The notes below the pieces were generated by a model. The model saw only the letters and a program-made list of their open reading frames with translations, was not told the origin of the DNA and searched no databases. Shown here piece after piece: positions 59,360 to 64,000 of a DNA stretch of 64,000 nt (position 1 is the first letter of the stretch; each line of letters opens with the position of its first letter). Position numbers and translations under genes: made by a program. The DNA is from Squalus acanthias (taxonomy: Eukaryota), in assembly GCA_030390025.1 (NCBI GenBank), contig CM059432.1, forward strand, positions 141,424,001 through 141,488,000, in the 5' to 3' direction.

Positions 59360-62300
59360 GTGCATGTGTGTGAATGCACGAAGCGTGGTAAATAAGGTTC
59401 GTGAACTGCAGGTGCAAATAGCTACATGGGAATATGATGTTGTAGCGATAACGGAGACCTGGCTCAAAAATGGGCAGGATTGGGTACTAAATATTCCTGG
59501 ATATAAGGTGTTCAGGAAAGATAGGGAATGAAAGAAAGGAGGTGGGCTGGCAGTATTGATTAAGGAGAATATTACAGTGCTGGAGAGAGAGGATGTCCTG
59601 GAGGGGTCAAGGACAGAATCTATTTGGTTAGAGTTAAGAAACAATAGAGGTGTCATTACACTACTAGGTGTATTCTATAGGCCACCTACTAGTGGGAAGG
59701 CTATAGAGGAGCAAATTTGCAGGGAAATTACAGAGAGGTACAAGAAATATAGAGTAGTGATAATGGGGGACTTCAACTATCCTAATATAGACTGGGATAG
59801 TAATAGTGTAAAGGGCAGAGAGGGGGAAGAATTTCTGAAGTGTGTTCAGGAGAACTTTCTTGATCAGTACTTTTCCAGCCCAATGAGGAAGGAGGCATTA
59901 CTGGATCTGATTCTGGGGAATGAGGTGGGTCAGGTGGAGCAAGTGTCAGTAGGGAAACATTTAGGGATCAGTGATCATAGTATCATAAGGTTTAGACTAG
60001 CTATGAAAAAGGACAGGGAGCAATCTAGAGTAAAAATACTTAATTGGAGGAAGGCCAATTTCACTGGGTTGAGAATGGATCTGGCCCGGGTAAATTGGAA
60101 TCAAAGATTGGCAAGCAAAACTGTAATTGAATAATGGGCTGCCTTTAAAGAGGAGATGGTTCAGGTCCAGTAGAGGTACATTCCCACGAGGGGAAAGGTA
60201 GGGAACTAAAGTCAGAGCTCCCTGGATGACGAAAGAGATAAAGAGTAAGATGAAGCTGAAAAAGGGGGCGTATGACAGATGTCAGGTTGAGAATACAAGT
60301 GAGAACCAGGCTGAATATAGAAAGTTCAGAGGGGAAGTAAAAAAGGAAATAAGAGGGGCAAAGAGAAAGTATGAGAATAGACTGGCAGCTAACCTAAAAG
60401 GGAATCCAAAAGTCTTCTATAGGCATATAAATAGTAAACGGGTAGTAAGAGGAGGGGTGGGGCCGATTAGGGACCAAAATGGAGATCTACGCTTGGAGGC
60501 AGAGGGCATAGCTGATGTACTAAATGAGTACTTTCATCTGTCTTTACCAAGGAAGAAGATGCTGCCAAAGTCATAGTGAAAGAGGAGGCAGCTGAGATAC
60601 CGGATGAGATAAACATTGATAAGGAGGAGGTACTAGAAAGGCTGGCTGTACTTAACGTAATAAGTCACCAGGACCAGATGGGATGCATCCTAGGATGCTG
60701 AGGTAAGTAAAGGTGGAAATTGCAGAGGTACTGGCCATAATCTTCCAATCCTCCTTAAATATGGGGGTGGTGCCAGAGGACTGGAGATTTGCAAATGTTA
60801 TACCCTTGTTCAAAAAAAGGGTGTAAGGATAAACCCAGCAACTACAGGCCAGTCAGTTTAACCTCGGTGGTGGGGAAGCTTTTAGAAATGATGATCCCGG
60901 ACAAAATTAACAGTCACTTGGACAAGTGTGTATTAATTAAGGAAAGCCAGCACGGATTTGTTAAAGGCAAATCGTGTTTAACTAGCTTGATTGAGCTTTT
61001 GATGAGGTAACAGAGAGGGTTGATGAGGGCAATGCGGTTGACGTGGTGTACATGGACTTCCAAAAGGTGTTTGATAAAATGCCACATAATAGGCTTGCCA
61101 GCAAAGTTGAAGCCCAAGGAATAGAAAGGACAGTGACAGTGAAATTGGCTAAGTGACAGGAAACAGAGAGTAGTGGTGAACGGTTGTTTTTTGGACTGGA
61201 GGAAGGTACACAGTGGTGTTCCCCAGGGGTCGGTTCTAGCACCACTGCCTTTCTAGATATATATTAATGACTTGGACTTGGGTGTACAGGGCACAATTTC
61301 AAAATTTGCAGATGACACAAAACTTGGAAGTATAGTGAACAGTGAGGAGGATAGTGATAGACTTCAAGAGGACATAGACAGGCTGGTGGAATGGGCAGAC
61401 ACATGGCAACTGAAATTTAATGCAGAAAAGTGCAAAGTGATACATTTTGGTAGGAAGAATGAGGAGAGGACATATAAACTAAAGGGTACAATCCTAAAGG
61501 GGCTGCATGAACAGAGAGACCTGGGGGTATATGTGCACAAATCGTTGAAGGTGGCAGGGCAGGTTGAGAAAGTGGTTAAAAAAGCATACGGGATCCTGGG
61601 CTTCATAAATAGCACCTCAGCTAGTCCCACTCCCCCGCCCTTTCCTCGTTGCCCTGTAGATGTTTTTCCTTCAGGTACTTATCCAACTCCCTTTTGAAAG
61701 CCACGATTGAATCTGCCTCCACCACCCTTTCAGGCAGTGCATTCCAGATCCTAACCGGCATCTCCACTTCATAAATAGAGGCATAGAGTACAAATGCAAG
61801 GAAGTTATGATGAACCTTTATAAAACACTGGTTCAGCCTCAACTGGAGTATTGTGTCCAATTCTGGGCACTGCACCTTAGGAAGGATGTGAAGGCCTTAG
61901 AGAGGGTGCAGAAAAGATTTACGAGAATGATTCCAAGGATGAGGGACTTCAGTTACATGGATAGACTGGAGAAGCTGGGGTTGTTCTCCTTAGAGCAGAG
62001 AAGGTTGAGAGGAGATTTGATAGAGGTGTTCAAAATCATGAGGGGGTCTAGACAGAGTAGATAGAGAGAAACTGTTCCCATTGGTGGAAGGGTCGAGAAC
62101 CAGAGGACACAGATTTAAGGTGATTGGCAGAAGAACCAAAGGCGACATGAGGAAAAACATTTTTACGCAGCGAGTGGTTAGGATCTGGAATGCACTGCCT
62201 GAAGGGTGGTGGAGGCAGACTCAATCGTGGCTTTCAAAAGGGAGTTGGATAAGTACCTGAAGGAAAAACATCTACAGGGCAACGAGGAAAGGGCGGGGGA
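59360..62300 (+). pseudogene. CR1 ORF2 endonuclease-RT with multiple stops and frameshifts
   Basis: ORF fragments at 59211, 59556, 60226, 60789, 61272 and 61807. Confidence 0.9.
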
Positions 62301-62376
62301 GTGGGACTAGCTGAGGTGCTCTTGCAGAGAGCCGGCACGGGCCTCCTTCTGTGCTGTATCATTCTGTGATTCTATG

Positions 62377-62852
62377 AAATGGGGTAGAGGAGCAAAGGGA
62401 TCTAGGGGTACAGATACAAAAATCACTAAAAGTAGCGACACAGGTTAATAAGACCATAGAAAAAGCAAACCAAGCACTGGGGTTCATTTCTAGAGGGATA
62501 GAATTGGCGAGCAGAAAGGTTATGTTCAACTTGTATAGCACCTTGGTTAGACTACACTGAAGACTACTGTGCACAGTTTAGGTCTCCATATTATAAAAAG
62601 GATATAAAGGTACTGGAGAAGGTGCAAAAAAAAAAGATTGACAAGTATGATACCAGAACTGAGAGGTTATACCTATCAGGAGTGGTGGAAGCAGATTCAA
62701 TAGTAACTTTCAAAAGGGAATTGGATAAATACTTGAAACGGAGAAATTTACAGGTTATGGGGAAAGAGCAGAGAGTGGGACTAATCGGATCGCTCTACCA
62801 AAGAGCCGGTGCAGACACGATGGGCCGAATGGCCTCCTTCTGTGCTGCATCA
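62377..62852 (+). mobile_element. Internally deleted CR1 3' fragment
   Basis: GVEEQRDLGV-like start; VEADSIVTFKRELDKYLK; CR1 3' UTR. Confidence 0.8.
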
Positions 62853-63224
62853 TTTTTGGACCCAATATATACTGGGGCAGGATTTCCAAGGGGCGGGGAG
62901 GAGTTCTGGTTGGAAAACATGGAAGTCCGGGTTTCCCCGAACGCTGTGAAGTTTTAACTCAATGGCAGCGTCTTTTTGTTTCAACAGGATCCCCACCATC
63001 CTGAGTGACAGGCTTGGCTCCCTGTCGGGCAGGGAATGCTGCAGCAGAGGTTTCTTGCTGCTGAGGTAGAGATCGCGGGGGGGGTGGGGGTGGGGGTGGG
63101 GGTGGGTACCGCGTGTCTTGGAGGGTGATCACGAGGGTGTCAGAGAGAGATTGGGGGCAGAGATAGGGGATGGGAGGGTCGCGGGAGATCGGTTGATTGC
63201 GGCAAGGTCAGTGATCGTGGGGGA

Positions 63225-64000
63225 TTTCAGAGAACGCACAGCGCTCACACTACCGAGTTCAGAGAACGCACAGCGCTCACACTACCGAGTTCAGAGAACG
63301 CACAGCGCTCACACTACCGAGTTCAGAGAACGCACAGCGCTCACACTACCGAGTTCAGAGAACGCACAGCGCTCACACTCCCGAGTTCAGAGAACACACA
63401 ACGCTCACACTACCGAGTTCAGAGAACGCACAGCGCTCACACTACCGAGTTCAGAGAACGCACAGCGCTCACACTCCCAAGTTCAGAGAACGCACAGCGC
63501 TCACACTACCGAGTTCAGAGAACGCACAGCGCTCACACTACTGAGTTCAGAGAACGCACAGTGCTCACACTACCGAGTTCAGAGAACGCACAGCGCTCAC
63601 ACTACCGAGTTCAGAGAATGCACAGCGCTCACACTACCGAGTTCAGAGAACGCACAGCGCACACACACCCGAGTTCAGAGAACGCACAGCGCTCACACTC
63701 TGGAGTTCAGAGAACGCACAGCGCTCACACTCCCAAGTTCAGAGAACGCACAGCGCTCACACTACCGAGTTCAGAGAACGCACAGCGCTCACACTACTGA
63801 GTTCAGAGAACGCACAGTGCTCACACTACCGAGTTCAGAGAACGCACAGCGCTCACACTACCGAGTTCAGAGAATGCACAGCGCTCACACTACCGAGTTC
63901 AGAGAACGCACAGCGCACACACACCCGAGTTCAGAGAACGCACAGCGCTCACACTCTGGAGTTCAGAGAACGCACAGCGCTCACACTCTGGAGTTCAGAG
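63225..64000. repeat. 32-bp tandem satellite (GAGTTCAGAGAACGCACAGCGCTCACACTACC); continues off the right edge
   Basis: About 24 near-identical monomers. Confidence 0.98.

Larger units (their letters stand above)
57935..62376 (+). mobile_element. Near-full-length CR1 LINE (5' UTR, ORF1, degenerate ORF2, TTCTGTGATTCTATG tail)
   Basis: Esterase ORF1; APE motifs NARS, AITETW, GDFN, SDH; RT motifs KFADDTKL, LEYCVQFW; 5' boundary approximate. Confidence 0.93.

Noticed and set aside
63225..64000. CRISPR-like 32-bp repeats
   Set aside because: Head-to-tail repeats without spacers.

Overview
Eukaryotic, repeat-saturated DNA. The repeat content (CR1, L2, RTE, Penelope-like termini, Deu-domain tRNA SINEs, Harbinger MITEs) suggests a vertebrate, probably a cartilaginous fish (inference). 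Bases 1-18.1 kb are a 25-bp satellite with 2-kb and 4-kb higher-order repeats. A ~1.3-kb spacer follows, then an inverted, more diverged 2-kb block of the same satellite. The rest is nested transposon debris ending in a 32-bp satellite. The only intact long ORF belongs to a very recent Ty3/gypsy LTR retrotransposon (52063-56482, minus strand; identical 183-bp LTRs, TCCAC target-site duplication). It has no tRNA primer-binding site. Instead it carries a 12-nt site perfectly complementary to its own LTR (candidate self-priming), and its reverse transcriptase reads YLDN rather than YxDD. Also notable: a LINE with a tRNA-like head and no ORF1, a frameshifted Harbinger transposase element, hammerhead-like motifs in Penelope-type repeats, and a templated inverted insertion in a near-full-length CR1. 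No host gene could be identified; three weak candidate exons are listed. All coordinates were read by eye and no database searches were run.
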